A stretch of DNA of 56,175 nucleotides from Actinomycetota bacterium (GTDB lineage Bacteria > Actinomycetota > Actinomycetes > Actinomycetales > Microbacteriaceae): contig WLEA01000001.1 of the NCBI GenBank assembly GCA_009704535.1, forward strand, positions 1 to 56,175. Direction: 5' to 3'. Shown here in pieces: positions 40,751 through 50,532 of the stretch. The notes below the pieces were generated by a model. The model made no database searches, was not told the DNA's origin, and worked only from the letters and a program-made list of their open reading frames with translations. Positions within the stretch are counted from its first letter, which is position 1; each line of letters opens with the position of its first letter. The position numbers and the translations under genes are program-made.

Positions 40751-41299
40751 CTAGCTAGCGCGCTGGTTACGACGCTTGGCCAGCTCATCACGCGGGTCCG
40801 ACCCCGCTTCGCTGACCTCGACGGAGACAAGTGAGGACTCCACTTCGCGAAGCACCTTGCCCACGGCAATTCCAAAGACTCCTTGGCCGCGGCTGACGAG
40901 GTCGATGACCTCGTCGTTGGAAGTGCAGAGGTACACACTGGCGCCATCGCTCATCAGGGTCGTCTGGGCAAGATCATTGATTCCCGAAGCGCGAAGTTGG
41001 TCAACCGCAACCCGAATCTGCTGAAGGGAAATCCCCGTATCGAGCAGGCGCTTCACGAGCTTCAAGACCAAAATGTCGCGGAACCCATAGAGCCGTTGGC
41101 TACCCGACCCCTGCGCGCTCTGGACGGTGGGTTCTACCAATCCGGTGCGAGCCCAGTAATCGAGCTGGCGGTAAGTGATTCCAGCGGCGGTCGCTGCAAT
41201 CTGACCCCGGTAACCCTGCTCCTCGGTGATGACCGGCATGCCGTCGGTGAACAGCAAATCCTTGGCGTAGCGCTCCGTGGTGTTGTCGGAGGAATCCAT
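40751..41299 (-). CDS. MerR family transcriptional regulator (Rv1830-like)
   Basis: GITYRQLDYWART, SGSQRLY, GQGVFGIA, DELxxRR; start placed at MDSSDN. Confidence 0.88.
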   Translation of the reverse strand: MDSSDNTTERYAKDLLFTDGMPVITEEQGYRGQIAATAAGITYRQLDYWARTGLVEPTVQSAQGSGSQRLYGFRDILVLKLVKRLLDTGISLQQIRVAVDQLRASGINDLAQTTLMSDGASVYLCTSNDEVIDLVSRGQGVFGIAVGKVLREVESSLVSVEVSEAGSDPRDELAKRRNQRAS

Positions 41300-41416
41300 A
41301 TGTCGCCCAACCTTCATCTTCAACTTGACCTCTAAGGGCACTTGCTCACGATACCCGCACGAAGGCCAATTGCTGCGACGGCAACGTCAACGCCACTGGG
41401 CGTGTCGTGGGAAGAG

Positions 41417-42124
41417 CTATGACTCTAGCCGATTGAGTGCATCGTGAGTCAGGACGCTCCGAAGAGTCGTCAAGATTCCTGAGAGCTCCCGCCCCTTGTC
41501 GCGCAACTCCGACGGAGACATCGCACGAGTTGACCCGTTGGCAGCATTGACGGCTTGGGAAATCAAACCAACTTCACGGTCAACGGCCAGGCGCATGCCC
41601 CTCAGGTGCCGGGGCTCAAGGCCGAAGCTTGATGCCTCGACGATAGACGTGAGAACTACCAGGTCAGACCCGCTATAGACCTTCTTGGGTTGAATGAGAC
41701 CGGCGGTCACCGCGCCCTCAAGAAGCCCAGCCGATGCCTTAGCCGCTTCGACGATTTCTGCCTTCGTGTAGCGGGCCTGGTCATCACCCATCGAAGCGCC
41801 ATGCACCCCGTTGGTGACGGGCAGCGAAGGGTTCTTCCCCGCGTCGCGATCATCAAGGTACGCCTTGATCACCTTCAAAGGCAGGTACTGGTCACGCTGG
41901 ACAGTAAGAACGAAACGCAGGCGTTCTACATCCTCGCTCGAATAGGTCCGATACCCAGCAGGGGTCCGACCAGGAGCAATCAGGTCGCGGTCTTCGAGGA
42001 ACCGAAGCTTCGAGGGAGAAAGTTCGGGGAACTCCGGGGTGAGTTTGGCCAAGACTTGCCCAATCGAGAGCAATGACTTCCTGGGGGTGGAAGCAACGTC
42101 GATTGACGAACGTGCAACACTCAC
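41417..42124 (-). CDS. ftsR: MerR family regulator, FtsR-like
   Basis: LSIGQVL, SKLRFLE, RTxxGYRxY, YLPLKVI; immediately after the FHA gene. Confidence 0.75.
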   Translation of the reverse strand: MSVARSSIDVASTPRKSLLSIGQVLAKLTPEFPELSPSKLRFLEDRDLIAPGRTPAGYRTYSSEDVERLRFVLTVQRDQYLPLKVIKAYLDDRDAGKNPSLPVTNGVHGASMGDDQARYTKAEIVEAAKASAGLLEGAVTAGLIQPKKVYSGSDLVVLTSIVEASSFGLEPRHLRGMRLAVDREVGLISQAVNAANGSTRAMSPSELRDKGRELSGILTTLRSVLTHDALNRLES

Positions 42125-42591
42125 TGCGCAGACCTCGATCCATCACCATCAATGCGAGAAAGAAAGAAAGTCATACGGAACTTGCCGACCTGGACCTCGG
42201 CCCCATCGTGCAGAAGAGCCTGGTCAATAAGCACGCCATCAAAGTATGTGCCGTTGAGGGAGCCCATGTCTTTGACTTCAAAGGCTGTGCCGTGCCGGAC
42301 AAACTCGGCGTGACGACGAGACACAGTCACGTCGTCAAGAAAGATGTCTGCGGCGGGATGGCGGCCGGCGACTGTGGAGTCCTGGTCAAGAAGGAATCGA
42401 GCCCCCGCATTGGGGCCTTTACGAACAATGAGGAGAGCTGAGCCCGAGGGAAGCGCATCGATGACTTCCTGCTCTTCGAGGGACACACCAGATTCCAGGT
42501 TCTGCAGCTTCTGCTGGAAATCCGGACCAAACTTCTCTGTCTGGTCGGGAAGCCCCGGATTTTCCGGGCCCTTGGGTGTCTCGCTCATCAC
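42121..42591 (-). CDS. garA: FHA domain protein (GarA/OdhI-like)
   Basis: GRHP, DIFLDDVTVSRRHAEF, SLNGTY, QVGKF. Confidence 0.85.
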   Translation of the reverse strand: MMSETPKGPENPGLPDQTEKFGPDFQQKLQNLESGVSLEEQEVIDALPSGSALLIVRKGPNAGARFLLDQDSTVAGRHPAADIFLDDVTVSRRHAEFVRHGTAFEVKDMGSLNGTYFDGVLIDQALLHDGAEVQVGKFRMTFFLSRIDGDGSRSAQ

Positions 42592-43229
42592 ACTCCCTCG
42601 TTGAACGAGTTCACCCTATCGGAAGATTCGCCAGTCTCGCGAGTCACCTCTCGCGCGAGACGAATCGCATCAAATAGATAAGAAAACCCGACCACCCAAT
42701 AGAGCGCGACTGCCACAACAGCAATGGGCCACGCAATCGCCATCAGCGTTTGGCCAACCGAAGCCGAGGCGTGTTCGCTGACCATCACGCTCAACAAGAA
42801 CAGGGGAAGGACAAAGAGAAGACCAAACGTCGCGACCTTCCCCCACCACTTCACGGGCAATGTCCCGTGGCCGTAGCGGGACATGACAAGTCCACCAACA
42901 CCCAAGAGTGCGTCTCGCAACATCACGGCAACAACGAACCACCACGGCACAACACCTTGGATGGCGAGCGCCACAACAGTGGCGGCAATGAAAAGTCGGT
43001 CCGCGAAGGGGTCCAAAAACTGGCCAAGGCGGGTGATCTGGTTCATCCGCCTCGCTATCATGCCATCGACGAAGTCGGTCAATACGGCTGCCACAAGAAG
43101 GATGAACGCTGCAAGTAACCGGTCCTCGATAACAAGATAGAGAAACACCGGGATGGCCATCAGTCGAATGACGCTGACAAGGTTGGCGAGAGTGAAGACC
43201 CTCGAACTCACGTCATTGTCAAGGCTCAT
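42588..43229 (-). CDS. CDP-alcohol phosphatidyltransferase
   Basis: TDxxDGxIAR...G..LDPxADR. Confidence 0.9.
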   Translation of the reverse strand: MSLDNDVSSRVFTLANLVSVIRLMAIPVFLYLVIEDRLLAAFILLVAAVLTDFVDGMIARRMNQITRLGQFLDPFADRLFIAATVVALAIQGVVPWWFVVAVMLRDALLGVGGLVMSRYGHGTLPVKWWGKVATFGLLFVLPLFLLSVMVSEHASASVGQTLMAIAWPIAVVAVALYWVVGFSYLFDAIRLAREVTRETGESSDRVNSFNEGV

Positions 43230-43330
43230 GAGCCCAGTGTAGGAGTCACAGCACGATTGTCAGTCATTTCTCAGCGGAATTCTTGGCGCCAATCCCCGAA
43301 AAGGCCAACCCCGCCCCGTACCATGAAGTC

Positions 43331-43786
43331 ATGTCGTGTATCAGGTTTAACACCACTGCCCAGCGCCAGCAACTCTCCGGTGAAACCCGCCTGGCCGGGG
43401 ACGACCCCGTGGCAGCGTTTCTCTCGCCTGCCATCACTAGGTCCAAGGTGGAGCGCATCCGTCGGCTATCTACAGACGCGAACCCCAAAATTCGGGAAAG
43501 TGCTGCACTCTCCTACCACGCACCCCTGGAGGTTTACCAAACACTTGCGAAAGACCCAGACCCAGGAGTGCGAGCCTGCCTAGCCCGCAACCAGGCAACC
43601 CCATGTGACGTCCTGCGCACGCTTGCCAAAGACGGCGATGAAACCGTTCGCGCTTTCGTCGCCATCAACTACAGTGTTCCGGCCGATGCGATGGAACTCT
43701 TGGAGAGCGACGCTAGCCCGACTGTTCAAAAACTCGTAGCGTGGAAAGCCTCTCTTCGAGAAGACGCGGAGCTCATTCCTGCCTAG
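43331..43786 (+). CDS. Leucine-rich-variant/HEAT-like repeat protein
   Basis: About 24-aa repeats LxxDxxxxVRxxxAxN; start MSCIRF placed 6 nt after TACCAT. Confidence 0.75.
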   Translation: MSCIRFNTTAQRQQLSGETRLAGDDPVAAFLSPAITRSKVERIRRLSTDANPKIRESAALSYHAPLEVYQTLAKDPDPGVRACLARNQATPCDVLRTLAKDGDETVRAFVAINYSVPADAMELLESDASPTVQKLVAWKASLREDAELIPA

Positions 43787-43835
43787 CAGCCACCCTGGAG
43801 GAGTCGCCAGGGAGCAACGTGGGCAAGCGCATCAA

Positions 43836-44252
43836 TTAGCCCCCGGTGTTAAGGAGCTCGCCTAGGAGCGTTTGGATGCGCTCGCGAATATCGTCCCTGA
43901 TGGCACGAACCCGATCGAGGTCTTTTCCTGCCGGGTCTTCTAGCTCCCAATCCTCATAGCGCTTACCAGGGAAGACTGGGCACGCATCGCCACACCCCAT
44001 CGTGATGACAACGTCACTCGTCTTCACGGAGTCCACGCTCAACAGTCGTGGCACTTCGCTTGCAATATCGATGCCCTCTTCAGCCATGACTGCGACGGCG
44101 GCCGGGTTCAGTGATGCTCCCGGTGCAGAGCCTGCCGAGAGCACCCTGACGCGCTCGCCTGCCAGGTGCCGGAGGTAACCGGCGGCCATCTGTGACCGAC
44201 CAGCGTTATGAACGCATACGAACAGAACCGTGGGGGTATACACAAGCGACAT
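43836..44252 (-). CDS. arsC: Arsenate reductase, LMW-PTPase family
   Basis: FVCVHNAGRSQMA, MGCGDACP, WxLxDP. Confidence 0.9.
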   Translation of the reverse strand: MSLVYTPTVLFVCVHNAGRSQMAAGYLRHLAGERVRVLSAGSAPGASLNPAAVAVMAEEGIDIASEVPRLLSVDSVKTSDVVITMGCGDACPVFPGKRYEDWELEDPAGKDLDRVRAIRDDIRERIQTLLGELLNTGG

Positions 44253-44254
44253 TG

Positions 44255-44525
44255 TTCCTGGTGCCGGTTAACGAGAGCTTGCAGGAACCTTTCCAGAGCA
44301 ATAACGACAACGACCACCAGCCCCGCCACCACGATTCAGCCCCGCACAACCGGACCACCTTGCAGAATGATCAGAAGCTCCCTGCCCTCCCACAAAACCT
44401 GTCATGACGACCAAGCCGAGAACTCGGCGATGTGCGAGCGCTGGCTGCCGCGTGCCCACAGCAACCGACAGACGAATAATCGCGCCGAGTGCACCTCTAT
44501 CGCTTTGGGCTATTTGGGTCCACAC
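44255..44525 (-). pseudogene. Degraded CrcB/FluC fluoride channel remnant
   Basis: GALGAIIR and VVMTGFVGG resemble CrcB motifs; then a frameshift, an in-frame TGA and a hydrophobic tail. Confidence 0.4.
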
Positions 44526-44552
44526 TAGACTGAGAGTAGAAACGAGGACTCG

Positions 44553-45059
44553 ATGGCCAGCAACTCTGCGCGGGGCAGTGAAGAAGCGCCGATGATACCC
44601 GCCAAGGTTCTCGACATGGCGGAGGACGTCTTCCACGTCGTCTTGACTGTTCTTTTGTTCGTGGTAGCTCTTGGCGCACTGGTATTCACCGTTGTCCGAC
44701 TGGTGACGACGACACCCTTCTTCCCCACTGGGATGTTGCAGGCGGTCAACGACATTCTGTTTGTCGTCATCATCTTGGAAATCGCCCGCACAGTCATTGC
44801 CAGGTTCAGCAACGGCTTCTACCAACTCAGCCGCTTCCTCATCATCGGTGTCATCGCCTCGGTACGACACATACTCTCAGTAGGTTCCTCGCTCACGCTC
44901 TCCACGGGAAAGACGGCAGAAGCATTCGACCGAGGGATTATCGAGCTGATCGTCAACGGCGGAATAGTTATCGCTCTGGTACTCGCAATCCTCATAACCC
45001 GGCACGCAGAAAACGCTCACCAGCCTGCGAGACCAAAAAAACTGTCTAAGTCATCCTAG
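44553..45059 (+). CDS. PsiE-like (phosphate-starvation-inducible E) membrane protein
   Basis: Four TMs; LFVVIILEIxRTV, FLIIGVIASVRHIL. Confidence 0.8.
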   Translation: MASNSARGSEEAPMIPAKVLDMAEDVFHVVLTVLLFVVALGALVFTVVRLVTTTPFFPTGMLQAVNDILFVVIILEIARTVIARFSNGFYQLSRFLIIGVIASVRHILSVGSSLTLSTGKTAEAFDRGIIELIVNGGIVIALVLAILITRHAENAHQPARPKKLSKSS

Positions 45060-45099
45060 CTCGGCCCGGTGCTTCCCTTGCCGGGGCTAGGCTCAAGCA

Positions 45100-46911
45100 G
45101 TGGGACATTTACTCGGCGCCAACAACCTTCACCTCGAATTCCCCACCAAAGTCGTTCTCGGCTCTCTGACTGTTGGCATCAACGACGGTGACCGCATTGG
45201 GGTTGTGGGAAGAAATGGCGAGGGCAAATCAAGTGTGATTCGGCTTCTGGCCGGGAGAATGGCCCCTGATTCTGGTGAGGTCATTCTCCGTGGTGGCGTC
45301 CGCGTAGGCATGCTCGACCAAACCGACCTTTATCCCCCAGAACACCTCGTCAAAACAGTGGTGGTCGGCGAGCGAGAAGAGCATGAGTGGGCCGGTGACG
45401 CTCGCGTCCGCGACGTCATCACGGGACTACTCTCTGATGTCCCCTGGTCAGGAAAAATCGGCGACCTCAGCGGTGGCCAAAGTCGGCGAGTGTCACTCGC
45501 CGCTCTGCTGGTTCAAGACTGGGATGTCATTTTCTTGGACGAGCCCACCAACCATTTGGATGTCACAGGTGTTGCATGGCTTGCCGATCACCTGAAGCGG
45601 CGCTGGCCAGTGGGCAGCGGAGCTCTCGTCGTGGTCACGCACGATCGCTGGTTCCTCGACGCGGCCACCGAAATGACGTGGGAAGTGCACGACACCACCA
45701 TGGATATCTACGAGGGTGGCTATGCCGCATATATTCTCCAACGGGTGGAGCGAGATCGCAGCTCCCAGGTCTCGGAGGCAAAACGTCAGAACCTCCTCAA
45801 GAAAGAACTTGCGTGGCTTCGCCGCGGCGCCCCAGCGAGGACGGCTAAGCCCAAGTTTCGAATCGAGGCCGCCCAGGCACTCATCAGCGACGTTCCAGAA
45901 ATACGGGATCCTGTAACGCTCAGCCAGCTCTCGACGACGCGACTAGGCAAGAAGGTTATTGAGCTGGACGAGGTCTCCGTGAGCTTTGGCGACACCGCAA
46001 TTCTGAAGCCACTCACCTGGCGCCTAGCACCTGGCGAGCGCACCGGCATCCTGGGCGCCAACGGTGCCGGCAAATCCACTCTGCTGGCGCTACTTAGCGG
46101 GTCCCAGTCCCCGACGACCGGAAGAATCAGCCGAGGCTCCACGGTGAACCTGAGTTTGTTGGATCAACGCCTTGCCACACTCGACGAGGTCGCCAATGAC
46201 CGCGTCAGCGAGGTCATCGCCAGACACAAGACTAGTTACAGAGCAGGAGGGGTCGAAGTAACGCCTGGCCAACTACTCGAGCGGCTCGGCTTTAGCTCTG
46301 CGCACCTCTCAGCGAGAGTCTTCGAGTTGAGCGGTGGCCAGAAACGCCGTCTCCAGTTCCTCCTCGAGCTCCTCAGGGAACCCAACGTCCTGTTGCTGGA
46401 TGAACCCACCAACGACCTCGACACCGACATGTTGCGGGCGATGGAGGACCTGCTGGATACCTGGCCTGGCACACTGATTGTCGTCTCCCACGACCGTTAC
46501 CTCCTGGAGAGAGTCACCGATCAGCAGTACGCAATTATCGAGGGCGAATTTCGACATCTGCCAGGGGGAATCGATCAGTACCTCACCCTCGAGAGGTCCA
46601 AGGATGCCCGAGCGCTCACCCACATCACTCTCGATGCGCCCGGCACATCCGCCCCCTCACAGGCCAGCGTGGCGTCCGCGCTGCGCGCAGGAAGCAAAGA
46701 GCGGCGTCTGGCCGAAAAAGAACTCAACTCCCTCCAGACCAAAATGGGCAACATCGACCAGAAGCTAGCTGCCTTGGACGCCGCGCTGCTGGCCCTGGCA
46801 CCCGATGATTACGACACCATGGGCCCTATGGCCTTGGAGCGATCCAGGCTAGAAGACGACAAGGCCGAGCTGGAAACACGCTGGCTCGAGCTCGGCACAC
46901 TCCTCGAGTAG
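45100..46911 (+). CDS. ABC-F family ATPase (Uup-like)
   Basis: Two ABC domains (GRNGEGKS, GANGAGKS, LSGGQ, DEPTN), ELAWLRRGAPAR linker, coiled-coil tail. Confidence 0.92.
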   Translation: MGHLLGANNLHLEFPTKVVLGSLTVGINDGDRIGVVGRNGEGKSSVIRLLAGRMAPDSGEVILRGGVRVGMLDQTDLYPPEHLVKTVVVGEREEHEWAGDARVRDVITGLLSDVPWSGKIGDLSGGQSRRVSLAALLVQDWDVIFLDEPTNHLDVTGVAWLADHLKRRWPVGSGALVVVTHDRWFLDAATEMTWEVHDTTMDIYEGGYAAYILQRVERDRSSQVSEAKRQNLLKKELAWLRRGAPARTAKPKFRIEAAQALISDVPEIRDPVTLSQLSTTRLGKKVIELDEVSVSFGDTAILKPLTWRLAPGERTGILGANGAGKSTLLALLSGSQSPTTGRISRGSTVNLSLLDQRLATLDEVANDRVSEVIARHKTSYRAGGVEVTPGQLLERLGFSSAHLSARVFELSGGQKRRLQFLLELLREPNVLLLDEPTNDLDTDMLRAMEDLLDTWPGTLIVVSHDRYLLERVTDQQYAIIEGEFRHLPGGIDQYLTLERSKDARALTHITLDAPGTSAPSQASVASALRAGSKERRLAEKELNSLQTKMGNIDQKLAALDAALLALAPDDYDTMGPMALERSRLEDDKAELETRWLELGTLLE

Positions 46912-47099
46912 TCACCGCAACCAAAGCCAAGAAACACCCAGATCCGTCAGCCCAAGATTCAGGCATGCTCTTTGCTGACATCGGGCTAGGCATCCTGGGC
47001 CTCATTCCTCCTGGTCGGAATCAGAATCTGTGGCGTTGATTTTTTCGAACTTGGCGTCGGTCGAGGCAGTGCGCTCGTGCGGGAGCGGAATTCAAGCCC

Positions 47100-47984
47100 T
47101 TAGGCGCGAAGCGTGCGCGCGTGGTCTTGACAGTGCACAGTGCCCTCGGCGCATGCGTCACAGACCACCAATTGTTGACGGCATGCCATATCAGCGCAGT
47201 TCTCCATCCGCGATGAGGATGCGCCGCAGCTGGAGCACACCCCGATGACCGCAGCGTCGGAGGTAAAAGTGACCGCTTTGCGGTTATCGAATATGTAGAG
47301 GGAACCCTCCCAGAGGCCAGCATCGCCAAACGCTTCCCCGTAGCGGACGATTCCGCCATCTAGTTGATAGACCTCTCTAAACCCGCGTTTAATCATCATG
47401 GCCGAGAGCACCTCACACCTCACTCCACCGGTGCAGTAGGTGACAACAGGCTTGTCCTTCAGGTGGTCATACCTCCCACTATCGAGCTCATGAGCAAAGT
47501 CGTGAGAGGTCGCAACATCGGGAACGACCGCGTTCTTGAAGCGACCAATGTCCGCCTCCCACTTGTTGCGCCCATCAAAGAACGTGACCTCCTTCTCCAA
47601 GACAAGCTGATGCAGCTCTTCGGGCTTGAGGTGAGTGCCTCCCCCCATCACTCCCGCAGCAGTGACTTCCAGCTCTTCAGGAGCGCCGAAGCCCACCAGT
47701 TCCCCTCGGACCCGAACCTTGAGGCGAGGGAAATCATCGGGGCTCGTGCCCTCGCTCCACTTGAAATCAATGTCCTTGAATGGTGCGTACTCGCGAGTCT
47801 TGCGCCAATACTTCTTGACGGACTTGAGTTCACCTCCGACGGTGCCGTTGATGCCATCCGGAGAAATCAGGATTCTCCCGCCGAGACCCAACGATTCGCA
47901 CAGATCTCTTTGCCACAGCCGGATTGCTTCGGGGTCGGCGAGGGGCGTGAAGGTATAGAACAACAGAACCTTGTACACCGCCAT
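47100..47984 (-). CDS. trhO: tRNA uridine(34) hydroxylase TrhO (rhodanese-related, YceA family)
   Basis: [26 protein letters not shown], FDxR, Cys-rich C-terminus. Confidence 0.88.
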   Translation of the reverse strand: MAVYKVLLFYTFTPLADPEAIRLWQRDLCESLGLGGRILISPDGINGTVGGELKSVKKYWRKTREYAPFKDIDFKWSEGTSPDDFPRLKVRVRGELVGFGAPEELEVTAAGVMGGGTHLKPEELHQLVLEKEVTFFDGRNKWEADIGRFKNAVVPDVATSHDFAHELDSGRYDHLKDKPVVTYCTGGVRCEVLSAMMIKRGFREVYQLDGGIVRYGEAFGDAGLWEGSLYIFDNRKAVTFTSDAAVIGVCSSCGASSSRMENCADMACRQQLVVCDACAEGTVHCQDHARTLRA

Positions 47985-48039
47985 AGTGGCAGTTTACGAG
48001 GCACGCGCACGTGAGTAAATTCCCACGAACGCTGGTCGC

Positions 48040-48366
48040 CTAATTCGTCGCGCTGGAGGCAAGCGTGGAAAGCCTCTGAGCCAGCACCGCAACCGCCTCG
48101 GCCAGTTCGGCAAGGTCACTCGGGGAGCTCTCCGTAGCGAGCTTCTGGGCTATCCACTCCCGCGCAAGGCGCGACACCGGTACACCAAAAGCTCCAGCAA
48201 CCCTCTCCAGAGCCGCAAACTCAGACTCGGACATTCGAATGGAGAGCATCCGGGACCGCTGACCTCGGTGGGTGACCAGGCTCCCCTCGCGAATCGGCTC
48301 GTCCGGGTGAGATTCCGCGTATTCTGCCTCACGCCTTAAGGTCTGTTCTAGGTCTTGTCTCGTCAC
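48040..48366 (-). CDS. CopG/ribbon-helix-helix antitoxin-like protein
   Basis: RMLSIRM..EFAALERVA...GVPVSRLAREWI; GTG start overlaps the upstream TGA. Confidence 0.75.
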   Translation of the reverse strand: MTRQDLEQTLRREAEYAESHPDEPIREGSLVTHRGQRSRMLSIRMSESEFAALERVAGAFGVPVSRLAREWIAQKLATESSPSDLAELAEAVAVLAQRLSTLASSATN

Positions 48367-48500
48367 AGCCCGGCTCCTTCGAAGTAGCGTCGCTCATCTG
48401 TCGGATTAGCTTCGTCCGGGGTGCACCCGTGACTCATGCTCAAATACTCGCCCCGATACAACCAGTTGGCTTCGTTCCGATCATCCACAGTGTAATACAT
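48363..48500 (-). pseudogene. Internally deleted putative toxin (45 aa)
   Basis: MYYTVDDRNEANWLYRGEYLSMSHGCTPDEANPTDERRYFEGAGL; coupled to the antitoxin by GTGA; near-palindrome TGTAATACA at its start. Confidence 0.6.
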
Positions 48501-48665
48501 AACGTATGACTCTGGCTAACTCTTCACCGAACCAAAGGACCTGCCAGGTTTGTTTCCTAGCGCACCTTGTGGACAGACTCTGGAGGCATGAGGAGCCGAC
48601 CCAGGCACTAAGAACTCCTCGCTCTCTGTGCCGGGCTGCCACGATGCGAAAGTGCCGCCTTACCG

Positions 48666-48975
48666 TCAGTCTCTGGCGCCACCCTTGTCAGAGTCAGCCT
48701 CATACATCTCGAGTCGCTCAACCGGCACCACAACTCTGTCGGCAAGTTCGGCTTTCAACCTCAGGATCGCTGGGGCTTCAAAGTGAGCCCTCCAGCGCTC
48801 CCTGCTACTCCACTTTTCAATCAGGAGGACATCCCCATCAACCGCGTCGAAGAGTCGATACTCCTCACACCCCTCGATTCGTCGAATCGTCGGCAACAAT
48901 TCGAGAATTAGCGACCGCACGAACTGAGCGTGACCAGCCAGTTTTCTCCACGATGTGGGCGCCCCGTATTGACAG
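48666..48975 (-). pseudogene. ABM/quinol monooxygenase family gene with degraded 5' end
   Basis: EGCEEYRLF, LIEKWSS...AHF; the N-terminal strand (SIRGAHIVEK) is in another frame and has no ATG. Confidence 0.55.
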
Positions 48976-48997
48976 AGCCCTCGACTACTGTGACGAT
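48969..48997 (+). promoter_or_regulatory. Sigma70-type promoter, leaderless
   Basis: TTGACA-N17-GACGAT with extended TG; ATG follows 6 nt later. Confidence 0.55.
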
Positions 48998-49003
48998 TTC
49001 CGC

Positions 49004-49285
49004 ATGGAGAAAAAACAGCGTTCAAGTAGCGTGGCTTTGTCTTTGGCCATCATCAGTGTGATCATCACGCCGGTCCTTCTGTTTGTCGAATTTTCGAGTT
49101 TGATGCTGTCGGAGATTTTCTGGGTGCCAATCGCCGTCGTTGCGTTGATTTTGCCGTGGATGGCTTTCACCTGGGTCAAGCGCGGCGCGTCTCGAGTTCT
49201 TGCGGGGCTTGTCCTGCTGGTTTGGCTGGCCGTCCAGGTGTGGGTCGGCGGAACTGCGCTAGGGCTTTGGAGCCTCCTCGGATAA
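49004..49285 (+). CDS. Small 3-TM hypothetical membrane protein
   Basis: 93 aa, three hydrophobic segments, promoter directly upstream. Confidence 0.7.
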   Translation: MEKKQRSSSVALSLAIISVIITPVLLFVEFSSLMLSEIFWVPIAVVALILPWMAFTWVKRGASRVLAGLVLLVWLAVQVWVGGTALGLWSLLG

Positions 49286-49394
49286 AGACCGCGAGTCCGT
49301 TGAGCCAAACTACCCGTGTGGCCGTTCGTTCGTCGGGTAATCTGACAAGCATGAGCACTCCCAGCAGTCTCTCGCGTGTTCTGGGGCTGAGCCG

Positions 49395-50423
49395 ATGAGG
49401 CTTGTGGAGTTCCCCCCTATGCGGTTGGTCGCCAGCGCTGGGTTTGTCGGGATTCTTGCGTCTTCTCTTTTCGGGTGCGCTAGTTCGTCGGTGTCCTTGT
49501 CCCCTGCCGCTATGGAAAACTCGATGGTGGAGGTTGAATCTCCGCCCGAAACTCCGGATGACGCTCCTGGCGATTCCAAGAGGACTGTAATCGGTGATGA
49601 TTCTCCGCCGTCGACTGCAATGCAGAGCGAAACTGCCGGGGCGGGTGATTTCCAAACGGCGATTGTTGGCGGGGATGATCGCGACATTAGCTGGGCACCC
49701 TGGCAGGTGGCGCTGGTCTGGGAAAGCGTCGGCTCCGACTGGCAGGGACAATTTTGCGGTGGGTCCCTTATTTCGGCGTCCTGGGTAGTGACTGCAGCTC
49801 ACTGCCTCCATGGCCTTTCCGAGTCAGAAATTCTCAGCGATTTGCGGATTGTTTCCGGGCAGGACGTCCTTGACGAGGTCGACGTCTCAGATATGACGGT
49901 CAGTGAAGTGGTTCTCCACCCCGCATACAACGACACCACGTATGCCAACGACATCGCTCTGGTGAAACTTGGCACGCCGTTGAGACTTCGCCCCGAGAGT
50001 TTGGCGGTACTCATCTTGCCCTCGACCGAGCCTGCGGCAAACACTGTGGCGAGGATTTCTGGTTGGGGAAGCACCTGGGTTAGCGACGAAGTTTTTGACT
50101 ACCCGTTTTTCTCCGATTCAGACACACAATTCCCCACGCAATTGCAGGGAGCAGAGGTTTGGGTGCAAAGCGATAGTCAGTGCGCGCGCGACTACGGAGA
50201 CCAATACGACGATGAGCGAATGTTGTGCGCAAGCATCGACGGCTACGTTGTCGACACGTGCCAGGGAGACAGCGGTGGCCCGCTCGCGACTCTCGAGCGC
50301 GGCAGATGGGTGCTCTCCGGGGTCACCTCATGGGGTACTGGGTGCGCTTGGCTATCCTCTGGAATATATACAAACGTCGCGAACTATAACGAGTGGATTA
50401 CGGCCAACGTGGAAGTGCGCTAG
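49395..50423 (+). CDS. Trypsin-like (S1) serine protease, predicted lipoprotein
   Basis: IVGG, CGGSLI, TAAHC, NDIAL, GDSGGP; lipobox-like LFGC; alternative start at 49419. Confidence 0.92.
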   Translation: MRLVEFPPMRLVASAGFVGILASSLFGCASSSVSLSPAAMENSMVEVESPPETPDDAPGDSKRTVIGDDSPPSTAMQSETAGAGDFQTAIVGGDDRDISWAPWQVALVWESVGSDWQGQFCGGSLISASWVVTAAHCLHGLSESEILSDLRIVSGQDVLDEVDVSDMTVSEVVLHPAYNDTTYANDIALVKLGTPLRLRPESLAVLILPSTEPAANTVARISGWGSTWVSDEVFDYPFFSDSDTQFPTQLQGAEVWVQSDSQCARDYGDQYDDERMLCASIDGYVVDTCQGDSGGPLATLERGRWVLSGVTSWGTGCAWLSSGIYTNVANYNEWITANVEVR

Positions 50424-50475
50424 GGGTGAATCAGTGGGACATCGCATCGCTGGTTCCAAGAAACACAAACTCCGG

Positions 50476-50492
50476 ACCTTCTGATCCGTAGT
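50476..50492 (-). repeat. tRNA-Arg(ACG) fragment, copy 1 (17 bp)
   Basis: ACCTTCTGATCCGTAGT, identical to part of 51788-51835. Confidence 0.85.
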
Positions 50493-50532
50493 GAGCGCCC
50501 GCCAAGGGCGGCAGTGGATCTCACCGCCTAGG

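Noticed and set aside
46912-47099. Small gene or RNA in the ABC-F/trhO gap
   Set aside because: No convincing ORF, start signal or stable structure seen.
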